A DNA stretch of 63,871 nucleotides, the filler included, from Olpidium bornovanus S191 (lineage: Eukaryota > Fungi > Olpidiomycota), in the NCBI GenBank assembly GCA_017911155.1. It is 31 parts of 31 records of this genome, joined end to end, with 100 filler letters (N's around TTAATTAATTAA, not from the genome) between each part and the next. Parts side by side here need not be neighbours in the genome. Positions count along the whole stretch, not along the records: positions 10,808 to 12,872 come from JAEFCI010011989.1; positions 12,973 to 14,228 come from JAEFCI010006538.1; positions 14,329 to 15,340 come from JAEFCI010001148.1; positions 15,441 to 16,513 come from JAEFCI010000387.1; positions 16,614 to 18,595 come from JAEFCI010008168.1; positions 18,696 to 20,693 come from JAEFCI010011645.1; positions 20,794 to 23,451 come from JAEFCI010009177.1; positions 23,552 to 26,369 come from JAEFCI010004848.1; 23 more parts are not named here. One strand, 5' to 3'. Made by a program: the position numbers and the translations under genes. Every line of letters begins with the position of its first letter. The stretch's first letter is position 1. The notes beneath the pieces were generated by a model that was given only the letters and a program-made list of their open reading frames with translations, was not told the DNA's origin and searched no databases. Shown in pieces: positions 12,674 to 24,758 of the stretch.

Positions 12674-13033
12674 GACGAGCGGGCGGGGCAGCAGAGGCCG
12701 GGGGGCCGGCGGGCCGGGAAGAGGTGTGAAAATTTTATTCCGGCAACCATACTTTTTTCTTTGCGGCTTGGATTTGGGGATTCGCCGGGTTCGGACTTCG
12801 GACGCTCGGCAAGGCCGAGGCGCAGAAAATGTGCCGGATCGACGTGAACAAGACCGCAAAGATATGGGAGTANNNNNNNNNNNNNNNNNNNNNNNNNNNN
12901 NNNNNNNNNNNNNNNNTTAATTAATTAANNNNNNNNNNNNNNNNNNNNNNNNNNNNNNNNNNNNNNNNNNNNCCCCGGTCCGCGACCGGCACACCCCCCC
13001 CGGAGTGGGAAAGCCCCTGGAGCCCCCCCCCCT

Positions 13034-13076
<43 letters not shown>

Positions 13077-13431
13077 AACGAGGTCAACGAAACAGGAAGC
13101 AAAAGATGCTGTGCACCGCATCGCCGATGGCAAAATTCGAGGGTGCGCATTACAGGCGGGTGGACAACGGACTGCTTTGTATTCTGTTTCCGCCAGTAAC
13201 TTTCTCAAAATCGGTTTTTCGACGCGTTTTCGGGAATATGCTGAGAGGAGGCAGCACGGTGATCTCCGCCATCTGCCGGAAAGTTTGGGGGGGCGAGGCG
13301 TGCGCGTCGGTCGGAATATTTTCCCGATTTTCCCCCCTTTCCCCCGATTTCGTGGCCTTTTCCCCCCCGCCCGCCCCCCTCGGTGCCTCGTGGCTTCGGT
13401 CGGCACTTTTCCCCCGATGGCCCCCCCCCCC

Positions 13432-13463
<32 letters not shown>

Positions 13464-13823
13464 TTTCCCCCCCCCCCCCCCCCCCTCTCCCCCCCCCCCC
13501 CCCCCCCTCCGCCCTGTGGGCGCGCCCCGCGTGGGCAAGGGCAAGGTGGGAGGAAAAAGAGAGGGTGGAGCGCGTGGGAACCCCGAAGCGTCTCAGACGC
13601 GCGCGCGCACGCGCGGACACCGGACCGCGAAGACACGCAACCACCCCAAACCCCCACCCCAACCCCCCCTCCCCCCCCCCCCCCCCCACCAGCGCGCGCG
13701 GGCTCTGAGTGCACCCACGCGGCGCTTCCACCGCCCCACTCTTCCCCTTCTTCCCACCATTCACACTCTTCCCCACTCTTCCCCCCTCTTCCCCGTCTTT
13801 CCCGTCTTCCCCGTCTTCCCCTC

Positions 13824-13862
<39 letters not shown>

Positions 13863-14109
13863 ACCTTCCCCCACGTTTCAGAAGGGTCGGGGGATGGGGT
13901 CCGGAGACGAGATTTTTTCCCCGGGAGAAGGGGGGGGGGAGGCGGCCTGCGGGCGATAAAAACGCCACCGCCGCCTTGCCGCCCCCCCCACCACCTTCCC
14001 CACCCCATCGGCCCCAGACGGGTTTGATTTCCCCCCCTTGCCTCCCTTTATCCCCGGTCCCTTACGCGCGTGACGCCGACAGACCCCCTCCCCCCCCCAC
14101 TACGTAATC

Positions 14110-14228
14110 ATGAAATTCTCCCTCGCATCAGCCTGCGCCGCGGTCGTGATTGCTGCTGCAACGAACGCCGCCGCCCTCCCCGCCCCGTCGTCAGAGTACT
14201 TCGAGCAGCCCCTCGAGATTGTTGCCGG
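14110..14228 (+). CDS. N-terminus of a secreted protein (signal peptide; truncated by gap)
   Basis: MKFSLASACAAVVIAAATNAAALPAPSSEYFEQPLEIVA: basic N-terminus, hydrophobic core and an AxA-LP cleavage pattern. Confidence 0.55.
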
Positions 14229-14628
14229 NNNNNNNNNNNNNNNNNNNNNNNNNNNNNNNNNNNNNNNNNNNNTTAATTAATTAANNNNNNNNNNNNNNNN
14301 NNNNNNNNNNNNNNNNNNNNNNNNNNNNGCATGTTTCAATAATAAGTCCATCTGTTACTAACCTGTTCATTTTCTTTTTGTAATAGGATGCGTCTCTTGA
14401 AAATGAATCTTTCTATTGATGATTATTAGCATCAAATATATTTCTTTACTGCAATTCCGTGCAATATATCATATTGATGGGCCGGGGTCGCACCGACGAT
14501 ATCTGAGGGAGCAAAGCTCACGGAGGTGTAGTGAATCTAACTAGCCCCAAACACGCTGGCAGGTTAGATTAGCCCCCGACAAAGCCCCTCCAGCTGCCAG
14601 GATTTGGAGTGGTGGGGGGAGGGGGGGG

Positions 14629-14666
<38 letters not shown>

Positions 14667-14737
14667 CGATGGTGGACGGGAGGGGTCGAGGGAGCGAAGC
14701 TCGAAGAGGCACCCGGGGGCGCCGCCAAACGAAACCT

Positions 14738-14820
14738 ACCGGTTTTCGGGCTGGAGATTCGGGACTGCGTCGCCGGCGGATTTCAAACGGGGACCGTCGC
14801 CGGCTGGCCCCTTTTTATAG
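14738..14820 (-). promoter_or_regulatory. TATA box (CTATAAAAAG) followed by a probable 5-prime UTR intron donor
   Basis: TATAAAAA at 14819-14812 (minus) in GC-rich DNA, with G|GTAGGT about 75 nt downstream. The coding part was not identified. Confidence 0.35.
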
Positions 14821-15258
14821 GCGGCGGGAGGGTTCAGGCGCACGGCGACCCGCGCCGCTGAGCTGCGGGGATTTTTTTTCTGGTCGCGGGCGCCCGGCCG
14901 CAGGCGTGATCGTTCGTGTGCGCGCGTGTGTGTGGATGGGAAAGGGGGACGATTTACCTTCGGGCGCTTCCAAGCCAAAAAGAAGCAGGTTTGTTATTCG
15001 GGCCATAACCTTTTCTTATTTAGGAAGGGGAGGGCAGGAAAATTGTTCGGCCTTTTGAGGGCATGCTTTTGCCGGATCGCAGGGCGCTGCGCCGTCGGGA
15101 AGTAAGGCGGCGGAGAGCTTGACGCGGCGTGGGCCCTTCCTGCGTTCGAAGACAAAAAAAAAGGTTTGACCAAATCCCGCCGCGTCCGCCCGGAAACGCC
15201 TCGCTTTTCGCTCATTGCCTCTAGCGCACGCGTGCTCGAGCCGGCGGAGCCGAGCAGA

Positions 15259-15338
<80 letters not shown>

Positions 15339-15920
15339 CCNNNNNNNNNNNNNNNNNNNNNNNNNNNNNNNNNNNNNNNNNNNNTTAATTAATTAANNNN
15401 NNNNNNNNNNNNNNNNNNNNNNNNNNNNNNNNNNNNNNNNCATGGCCTGTTGGGGGTTTTTTTGTGGTAAACATAAAAATGGCGAAAAAATAAATAAATA
15501 AAATAAACTAATAAATATCATAAATACCATAAAAACAATAGATAAAATAAACAGAATAATTACAATAAATATAATAACTAAATAAATAAAAAAAGATCTT
15601 GTGCGTAGCCTGCGTGTCTGCAATTTGATGCGGTTTGAGCGTATGTTAGATTTTTCGGCAGGCGTTTATGCCAAACAGTTGCGGCGCCGAAAAATATTTG
15701 CAGCACAGATATACCAAAATTGTGTCATGTTCTAGGAAATTAAGATGAGGATAAGTCAGAATTTTGCAATGAAAATTATTTGACCGGGAAAAAAAAACGA
15801 GGTTCCGGTATACCGTATGACTCTTGCTTCACACTAAGAAAATGAAAAGCGAAGGTGTTAGAAGAACGGAAAAACTAAAGAAAAAGTAGAAGGTGCATCA
15901 AAAGGAAACGTGGCACTTAC

Positions 15921-16450
15921 GTCCGTCGATCTCCGCCGCCTGCATGCGGGCCCCAATCCGGCGCAGTGTTGCGTTTACTTGGGCGCCGGAGTTGGGGCCC
16001 AGGTGGGTGACGGCGTCGCTGCCTATGGCGGCCTGCAGGTTTACGTAGTCAAACAATCAGCAAGCCGCCAAAACATCCTTACACGCGAAAAAAGAATACA
16101 ACGGCACTCGTGGCCCCACTTACGACAGCGACGTCGTCACCCTCGTCCAAAGGGCGGACGACCATCATCCCAAGACCGAGGTTTACTACTGCTCGCACCC
16201 GGCCTCCGCCAAATGTGAGGATGGTGGCGGAGGCCCTGAAGTCCGCCAGCGACCACCTGCGCAAAATGTCGTCGCTGGCGGGCTGAAAGCGGCAGTTAGC
16301 GTCGTTCCCGCACTTCCGCCCCCTGGCTCAACATTGGAAACGGCCGACGTTCGCAGTTACCTCCGATGCGAGCAGCAGTTCCTCCTCTGTCTCTTCGGGG
16401 ATCGTCCCCAGCCTCTCCCTGTCCGGCGATGCCGGCCTACTTCGGTGGGG
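15921..16450 (-). CDS. Unidentified multi-exon gene fragment
   Basis: Three exons (..16361, 16282-16124, 16032-15921) with GTAACT/GTAAGT donors join in frame: EEELLLASE/PASDDILRRWSLADFRASATILTFGGGRVRAVVNLGLGMMVVRPLDEGDDVAV/AAIGSDAVTHLGPNSGAQVNATLRRIGARMQAAEIDG. Confidence 0.45.
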
Positions 16451-16466
16451 GGCGCGCGGAAGGCAC

Positions 16467-16513
<47 letters not shown>

Positions 16514-16838
16514 NNNNNNNNNNNNNNNNNNNNNNNNNNNNNNNNNNNNNNNNNNNNTTAATTAATTAANNNNNNNNNNNNNNNNNNNNNNNNNNNNNNN
16601 NNNNNNNNNNNNNCGCGGCGGGCGGGCGGTGGGCGGGAAGGGTTGGAGGGGGGGGAGGGGCGGCGGATTCAAACCAAGGGGGGGGGGGGAAGGGAATTTT
16701 GACGGTCACGTGACCAAAGCTTCCCTTCGGAGGGGACGGCGTGGCCGTTGGACGGAAAAGGGTGCCTGCAAAGACTCGGCGTCCGAAAACGAAAAACGAA
16801 AACGGACGTCAAAAAAAAATAAAATAAAATAAAATAAA

Positions 16839-18595
16839 ATGCAGCGCATAAACCTGGCAACGCCGGCTGCCGCCGCAACAGCCAGAGCAGCGACAGCAGG
16901 GCCGGCCGCAGCCTGCGCGCCAGCACCAGCGGCAGCAGCAGCACGGCGGGCGCCGGCTGCGGCATGTTGGACAGGTGCGCCCGCTGCGTCGCCGGCGGGG
17001 CGAAGAGCCGCGTCCACTGCGGCGGCGTCGCCGCGTGCCCGTGGTCGGGGAACTCGAAGATGGTTCCCCACGCGCCAGCAGCTGGGGTGTTCGGGAGCGC
17101 GGCTCACCACAGCCGCGTACTCTTCCGCGGCCACTGAGGCATCCGGCTGCAGGGCGGCGCCCAGGGCCCCGCGGCCTGCGGCCAACGGCGCCAGGGCGTT
17201 TGGCGAAAAGGTGGTCGCGGCGCACCGCGTCGCGTTGTGGCAGCGCGAGTTTTCCTCGCGCGCCGGTCGGGAGGGCGGAAGGAGCGACGAAAACGCTGGA
17301 GAGCCAAGCTCTGTTGTCGGAAAGTTCATCGAGACAATCAAGGAGGAATACCAGAAGAACAAAGACTTGAACCAGGGACTGCGGCAGCTGCAGCTGGAGG
17401 CGGGGAAGATGAGCGACACGGAAGCCTTGAAGAAGGCGAAGGAGCTGTACAACAAGGCCAAGGTGCGTTCGCACGGTCGCGGCTCGTTTTCGGTGGAACG
17501 GCCAAGGTGTCGCGTGAGTTCATTCGCTGACGGTGCGCACCGCTGCTGTTGTTCGGTCCTGTGTTGGCAGGAGGGCACGAATATTTCCAGCAGCCACCAT
17601 CTGAAGAAGGTCGCCGGAAAGGTCAGCGAAGTCGCAGAGTCGGCAGGACAAAAAATTTCTGAGACTATCAGCGAGGCGGCCGAATCCGATATTGCGAAAG
17701 CGAGCGCTGAAAAGGTCGGTGACAAGACCGACCGGTGTGCCCACTTGTATGCATCGCGCGGCAAATGGCCTTTATAACATGCATACTACCGCGCTTATGT
17801 CCCACCGCCCGGCTCACGGGAAATCAGATAAAGAAGGCTGGGAAGAGCATCCATTCCGCGACAGAGCCTATCCGGCAAACGGCAGTCTACAACGCCGTTG
17901 CGAGCGAGGTGGCTGAATTTGTGGAGGACACTGGAGGTCGGTACGGTGGCTACCACGACAAAGTGACCCGGAGAACCAAGAGGGGCATCACTGTTGACCC
18001 GACGCCGGAACAGGCGAAAAATGCTTTGGGAAAGAACGAGAGCGCTGACAAGGCCGCGGAGCCTAAAGGAACCGAAGAGGTGCCTGCCAATGGCCGGTCA
18101 GCTGCCGGCGAAGGTGATATATTGGAGGACCAGCTTACGAAAGCCAGAGTCGTCAGTGAGAATCCGGAGTACGGATTTCAGCTTTGGGAGGGGATATCCG
18201 TTGATGGGGGCGAGGGGAGGGATGGGGAGGGGGAAGGTTGCTACGGAGGGTGGTAGAAAATTTGCTTATGTTAATACTAACACGGAGCGTGCATTTTCCG
18301 TCCATGTTTTTAGGTCAGGTTCGAATGTGGTACTGCACAAGGATTCCAAGTGGCGGGAGTCTTGGAAGAACTTCAAGGAAAGCAGTAGATTGATCCAATC
18401 GATCTTTGATGTGAAGCGGAGGATGGATGAATCCGACCATCCGCTGCTTAATGCAGCACGCAATGTTTACGGCCGCATGGCCGACACCTTCTCCGGCGTG
18501 TTTGGCGAGAACGAAACCGCGCAAGCTATCGCGCTGCTCCGTGACACCGTCGACCCCAAATTCAATCTGGAGCGGTTTATGAAAGAAGCGCGAGA
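16839..18595 (+). CDS. TIM44: Mitochondrial import inner membrane translocase subunit Tim44 (3-prime partial)
   Basis: Arg/Ala-rich presequence, KFIETIKEEYQKNKDL, SDTEALKKAKELY, TEPIRQTAVY, RYGGY, VVLHKDSKWRESW, ESDHPL, FGENETAQAI, DPKFNLERF. Confidence 0.93.
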
Positions 18596-18798
18596 NNNNN
18601 NNNNNNNNNNNNNNNNNNNNNNNNNNNNNNNNNNNNNNNTTAATTAATTAANNNNNNNNNNNNNNNNNNNNNNNNNNNNNNNNNNNNNNNNNNNNCGTTC
18701 GTCCCCGTCTGCGCCTAATCTTCCCCCTCCGCTCCCCTTCTTTCCCCTTCCTGCCGCACGGTCTGGCGAACTTCCCCCCTAAAAAAAACAATTCAAAG

Positions 18799-19857
18799 TC
18801 GGGCAACACCATGTACATCCACGGCGGCAGGAACAACACGTCGACGCTCGACGACCTCTGGGCGCTGCGGGCCGACCCGGGGGCGGACCCGCAGTGGAGG
18901 CCGGTGCGCACCACGGGCTCCGTGCCCCCGCCCCGGATGAGCCACGCGATGGTGGCGCAGGGCGGCCGGATCTACCTCTTCGGCGGGACGGCCGACGGCG
19001 TCCGGCCGCTGGACCCGCTGTACGTCCTCGACCTGGAGAGCCTCGAGTGGGAGTCCGTGCTCGGTCCGGCGGAGGGCGGGCGGTGGGGCTTGACGGCGGT
19101 GGTCGCGGAGGGCAACGTGTTGTTCGGTGAGAGCAAGGGCGAGAGAGAGCGAGAAGAGAGGAAAAATTCCAAAAAAAACAAAAAAAAAAAAAAAAAAAAG
19201 AGTGAGAGTGAGATGATCAAAATCGCGCAGATCTGATAAAAAAAAAACTCAATCAAAATTTTTGGCGTCGACCCCCCCCCCCCGCCCCGCCCATCAAACC
19301 CTCCCACCCCCTCCTTTCGCAACGGACGGAACGCCTCCTTTCGCAACGGACGGAACGCCCCGCCGCCGCCGCCGCCGCCGATGTCCACGTGCCGCCCGCC
19401 CCTCGCGCGCGCCCGACCGCCCAGTCGGCGGCGTCGCCGGCAACCCGCCCGCGATCACCGGCGACATCCTGCAGCTGGACCAGCACACCGGCGCCTTCAG
19501 CCGCCTGGCCGTCGCCGGCCAGGACCTCGAGGTCGCGACCCCGCGCAAGGAGCACGCCACCGTCGCTTACGGCAGCTGGGTCGTTTCCCTGGGCGGCATC
19601 GTCGACCCCGCGCCGACGGCGCAGTGGAAGCGGCGGCGGCGGCGGCGGCAGCTGCAGCCGCAGCAGCAGGGCGCCCTTCCCCCCTCCGCCCCGCGGAACG
19701 CGTCGGCGGGGCCCGTCCTCCCCGTGCGGAGTGCGAGCTTCCAGGTGCTGGACATGTCGACGCAGGCGTTCGTGTCGTCCGGGATCCACAACGCCACCGT
19801 GGGCGAGCCGTTCGCGAACGGGACCCTGGTGCCCGTGTCCATCCGCGGCTTCGGGTT

Positions 19858-19889
<32 letters not shown>

Positions 19890-20407
19890 ACGCCGCCGCC
19901 GCCGCCGCGCTCACCACGGCCACGCTGTCCGGCCTCGGCCTCGGGCCCGGCGCCTCCTCCTCCGCCTCCGCGCACACGCGCGCGCAGTGCCTCCCCGCGC
20001 GCGTGACGCCGGAGCTGATCTACTGCGTCGCGGATTACATCCCCGCCGGGTACTTCACCGCCGAGGTCAGCACGTCTCCCGCCTACGCGCCGCTGAACCG
20101 GTCCTCGACGACCAGGGCCACGTTCTTCGCCTGCCCCGCGGGCGCCGACGTGTGCGAGGGCGGGGAGACCGGCGGCGGGGGCGGCGGCGGCGGCGGCGGC
20201 GGCGCCGCGGCCGCGGCCGGCGGGGGAAAGCCGGGCCTGTCCGCCGGCGCCGTGGTGGGCGTCGTCGCGGCCGCCGCGGCCGCGCTGGCCATCGCGGGCA
20301 GTCTGCTGGCGAAGGTGGCGCGCCACGGGTACCGGATCCGGCTGGCCGACTCCGAGACGGGGCGCGCGCCAGGCGGCGAACCCGGCCCGAGGCGCCGCGC
20401 CGGCTGA
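18799..20407 (+). CDS. Kelch-repeat single-pass membrane protein (5-prime partial)
   Basis: Exons 18799-19126 and 19425-20407. Kelch blades YIHGG..DDLW, PPPRMSHAMV..IYLFGG, FVGG, PRKEHATV..VSLGG; five N-glycosylation sequons; hydrophobic AGAVVGVVAAAAAALAIAGSLLA then a 31-aa tail. Confidence 0.75.
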
Positions 20408-20906
20408 CCTCCCGAAGCCCGGGGGATGGGGACGCACGGCCGCAGGGCGGGGACCGAGGAGTGTGATCCGCACGGGGGCGAGCTGCTGTCCGTTGACTCG
20501 GGAGCACGTAATGGAGAAGAGAAAAAACGCAACGCGCGGCGAACGGCGGGGCCGCGCGCGAGACGGCGGGGAAGAGCCCGTCGTCTTTTCGGGGGCGGCG
20601 TCGTCGTCACCGAAAAACCATGCATCATTGCCGGTTCAGAGAATCTGAAACGGATCCGAATCCGCGAAATCCTTTCCCTTCCTTCCCCCAAAANNNNNNN
20701 NNNNNNNNNNNNNNNNNNNNNNNNNNNNNNNNNNNNNTTAATTAATTAANNNNNNNNNNNNNNNNNNNNNNNNNNNNNNNNNNNNNNNNNNNNAAGCGCA
20801 ATCCTCTCGCTTCCCGCCGCCTCGCGTGTCTCGCGCAAATGCCCGCAAAGCGCAATCCTCTCGCTTCCCGCCGCATTGCGTGTCTCACTCCATTGCCGCG
20901 CCCGGC

Positions 20907-23225
20907 TTAGACAAATGATTTTTTTCTCCATCGCTTCGACCGAACTGTATGATGCCTTTTCCCGGTTAATGATGACCAGCGCCCGCCTTTGGGCGCCGCC
21001 TTGCGTCGATGACGGAACGAGTTACAAGCCAGGGCGCGTAAAACGATCAGCTTGTCTGGTTGCGGGACGTTGAACGCGTCCGCGAATGCCGACACGCGTG
21101 TGGGGATCTGATCAACGCTGATGCTCAGCAAGTTACCAAGGGTAGAGTCTAAAAACGAGGAAACTGTCAGCTCGCCCAAACCCCGCTAGCGCGGCGCTCT
21201 TCGACCTTTCGCGGAAAACTCACAGAATCCGGCAAGGGACGTGATGAGCTCGGTGACCATCTTCTTGTCCACCTCCTTAATGGCCTGCTGGCGCGCCGTG
21301 TCGCCATCCAAATCCACGAGCATGGCCCGAGCAGATTTAAGCGCCATCGCGTCGGAACTCCACTCCGAACACTCCTTAATGGGCAGGTCTTTAATAGTCT
21401 CCAGAAACGGCCGCTCCCACTCGTTAAGGACGATGAGAGCGCTGCCGTCCTTCCCGGCACGTCCTGTGCGGCCAATCCTGTGGATATACTGTTCGCGGGT
21501 GGTCGGAATGCCCACCTGAATGACCGAGTGCACATCGGGATAATCCATGCCGCGAGAAGTGACGTCCGTGGTGACCAGAATGCCGTGGCAGGAGCGGCGG
21601 AACCGGTTTGAAGTCGCTCGGCGCAAATGTTGAGGCATGCCTGAATGTAGCTCGTAAACTTTGCGGATCTTCGCTGCCTTTAAGTAGCGTGAGTACAGCA
21701 TCGTGGCCTTAATGGTGGGACAAAAGAGGATGATCTTTTTGCCCTCGTTTGCCTTTACAACACGATGGATCAACTCCGGAATCTTTACGGTGTTGTGAAC
21801 CGCGAATCGCTGCGGGATGTGCATGTGGACGTTCTGCTCGTTCTCCGGAACTAGGTCAACGAAATCGTGATCTTGCTGTAATGCAATATTTCCAATCTGC
21901 CAAATATCGGGTGATACCGTCGCGAAAACAAGGAGGGTTTGTCGCGATTTCGGAAACAATCCCACAATGTCCTGAATGACGTCTCGGAATCCCATTTCCA
22001 GGAGGTTGTCCGCTTCGTCCAGAATAAGCTGCCAGTAGTGGAGTCAGGATCCAAAATTGTCGATCGAACAAGGCGGATCGATCTCCTCCACAAAACCACA
22101 CTCACAACTTCGTTCCGCTCCCCCGCCTGCCTCAGGTGGGGAGAATCGTCCATCAAATCCCGCAATCTTCCCGGCGTTCCCACAATAATATCCGCCGGAC
22201 GCGAAGCAAGCAGTCTGGCCTGACGTAATCTCGCGCTGCCTCCAACGAGCGTGTGAATTTGAAGCTTGTGAAACTTGCACAGTTTTGCGGCTTCCGCGGC
22301 AGTCTAAATATTCGCAAGAACACCGGGCCCCAATAAGCCCGGAGATTAGAGCGTGAAGCGACAAGGTGAGAAGTCAAGTCCCTTTCCCCCTCCCCCCTTC
22401 TCCCCGGCCATTTTTGGTTCAAACCGGATTTACTCCACACAAACCTGCAGCGCCAGTTCATGGGTTGGACTTATGACGACGATGCTCCCGGCTTTATCGT
22501 TCCTGGCCGCTCTTCGCTTCAATAGTGTCTCAAGGGCGGAGACCAGGAACGCCAGCGTTTTGCCGGTTCCCGTCTTCGCTTTAAGCAACATGTCCCGTTC
22601 GGACGGCAGACTTCCGAGAACCGCCGCCTGAACTGGGGTCATGGTCGCGTAATTGAAGACGGAATCGAGAGCGCGTGCCGTATATGGACTGCACGTTTCA
22701 AAAGAACAAAAACGTAGAATCATGGACCCGCGCCGGCCGGTGAGCGGAGAAACGTTTGTGAACGCGCCCACGAAACAAGGGGGGACAGCCGCCCTTGCTC
22801 GAAGTTGACAAATCACCGTACTGCAGACAAGTAATTGAATCAAAGCGCCTGGGCGCCGTATCAGCGTGGGGAACCTTCGGGCGTTCTTCAACTTCTTTAC
22901 GGCCGCGTCGCTTGCCGGAGGGTGAACGGAACGGAGCGCCGCGCAACGTGGAAGAACTGAATCCTGGCCCGCGGGCTGGTTTGACGAGAGGAGGTGGAAG
23001 AGCGAAAAGGAGAACGACCAACGGGGCGAGGTTAGCAGTGATCCCGGTGCAGTGAAACGGCGGCGACGTGGACTCCCGGCCGCGGGAGATTTTTTGTTAC
23101 GTTTCTCACTCACGCGGGCCCGTCGGAAGCGGTGAAGCGGAGCTGGCTTTAACGACCGCGGTCCGCACCGCCACGATAGCCGCCCGGCCCGCCAGAGCAC
23201 TCCGGAAAGCGGTCGGCGAAACCAT
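20907..23225 (-). CDS. MSS116: DEAD-box RNA helicase, MSS116/DDX18-like clade, probably mitochondrial
   Basis: Q motif FNYATMTPVQ, AKTGTGKT, SPTHELALQ, GTPGRLRD, LILDEAD (after splicing), TDVTSRGMDYPDV, QYIHRIGRTGRAG; presequence-like first exon MVSPTAFRSALAGRAA. Confidence 0.8.
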
Positions 23226-23551
23226 TTCCTCGCTTGCTCTCCTCCCCTCGTGGCTGCTGCTTGGGACGGAAGGCGGGCAAAACTGCAAACGTGGCCCCAG
23301 GGTTTCGTCGTTCCTTGCTCCCGTAGCGTTTTCCCAATCCTGCGGTTTGGTTTTTATTTCAGAGCCGTAGAATTCGTGGTTTCTGGCCGAAAATCCCGCT
23401 TCTTCCACGCAAAAAGTGCAATTCCAAAAACCCACACCAAAAAAAAAAAAANNNNNNNNNNNNNNNNNNNNNNNNNNNNNNNNNNNNNNNNNNNNTTAAT
23501 TAATTAANNNNNNNNNNNNNNNNNNNNNNNNNNNNNNNNNNNNNNNNNNNN

Positions 23552-24073
23552 GAGCTCGAGCGCGCGTTATCATTCCTAAAAATATTAATTGAGGCAAATG
23601 CAGTCTTTAAGAAGGCGGAAGGCAATAAGAATGACGGGAACGTACCCGTGGAAGGCGCTGCACGAGAGGGCGTCGCACGGGAAGGCGCAGACAATAAGGC
23701 TGAATGCAAAGGCAGAACTCAGGGAGCAGAAGCTGCCAAAGCTGCACAAAGGAAGCTGACGCCGCCGCAAAAGGTCAAACCAGGGAAGTCCTCCTCCGAG
23801 CGCGCGGAAGAAGGCGAGGAAGAAGGAGAAGAGATCTCCGACTCCACGCCGTCAGAAGCTCCGCGCATGGAGACGTCCTTGTCGGCCATGGGAAGAGGAA
23901 AGGAAGGCAGGTCTCCGCGGGAAAGGAAGAAGGCGCGACGGGAAGAAGAAGAAGAACTGGCGTTTTGCGGGGTTGCAGGTTTCGCGTGGAATCCAGAAAG
24001 CCTCGGGGTCACGGGCAAAAGCGGGAGTGTTGAAATTTTCCCACCTGACCCGATGCCACCAAGAGGTGACTGA
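23552..24073 (+). CDS. Open, charged low-complexity ORF fragment, possibly transposon-derived
   Basis: Open from the contig edge (ELERALSFLKILIEANAVF...) to a stop at 24073, directly upstream of LTR-like and gypsy sequence. No family recognised. Confidence 0.25.
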   Translation, partial: ELERALSFLKILIEANAVFKKAEGNKNDGNVPVEGAAREGVAREGADNKAECKGRTQGAEAAKAAQRKLTPPQKVKPGKSSSERAEEGEEEGEEISDSTPSEAPRMETSLSAMGRGKEGRSPRERKKARREEEEELAFCGVAGFAWNPESLGVTGKSGSVEIFPPDPMPPRGD

Positions 24074-24329
24074 CGGCGAACGCAGCAGCAGCGCCGCAGA
24101 AGACAGAACCGCGCAATGCGGATGCCGGACGGAAGCAAGCGAATCGTGGGAGTCGCATCTCAGCTGCGGAATCCTGGTTTCCGCCAAGGGGGTGGCGGAG
24201 CGCACCCCTGAACCCCCCGGGCCCGTGCGCAAGGGGCACGGGGCAAGGGGGAAAACCTCCGATCCCCAAAAGGGGGAAGGGGGGGGGCAGGGGGAAATGG
24301 GGCAAGCTCCGAGCGCACCCGGAAAGGGA

Positions 24330-24349
24330 GGAAGGTTCTAGAAGGTTCC
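24330..24349. promoter_or_regulatory. Perfect four-unit heat-shock element
   Basis: gGAAg gTTCt aGAAg gTTCc = alternating nGAAn/nTTCn pentamers; TATAAATA at 24424 and AATAAA at ~24528 follow. Confidence 0.6.
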
Positions 24350-24758
24350 GACGGATCCCAGCGGACTCCGACGGGCGAGCTTTCCTATATAGACGTAGAG
24401 GAATAAAGGGGGGAGCTCACGGGTATAAATAATGCAAGGAATCCATAATTCCTCGCACCTCATCCCCTCCATACGATCTCCTCCACCCCATCCCTCTACA
24501 CCAACATCCTGTTCTACCTAGCACCTTTAATAAAGGTCGCGGAAGTGCTTTAAGCGGACGAGCGTTTCGGACTGAAGGGGACCTTTAGATTGCACTTGTG
24601 CAATTGGATAGGAACTGGATCTTAGATCGCACATTAACCGGAAGCCCCCGCGTGTCTAGAAGTGTGGCTGTCTTCTTGTGCATATATCTACCCGCTGTCT
24701 GGGGTGACAATACGGAATCCTTGATTCCATCACCCCAATACCTCAATTTTTTTTTAAC

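Noticed and set aside
13080-13330. Complex island between poly-C tracts (AYSRKRVEKPILRKLLAETEYKA, minus strand)
   Set aside because: No consistent splice frame or recognisable family.
14533-14575. Hairpin AATCTAAC...GTTAGATT with nearby GTGTAGT (U2-like) and CTAAC (telomerase-template-like)
   Set aside because: Lacks the rest of the U2 5-prime sequence, an Sm site and a 1.5-repeat template; an 8-bp stem is within chance.
20014-20060. LIYCVADYIPAGYF in the kelch protein as a CAP/SCP-domain terminus
   Set aside because: No upstream CAP motifs (HTQVVW, HN..R); superficial resemblance only.
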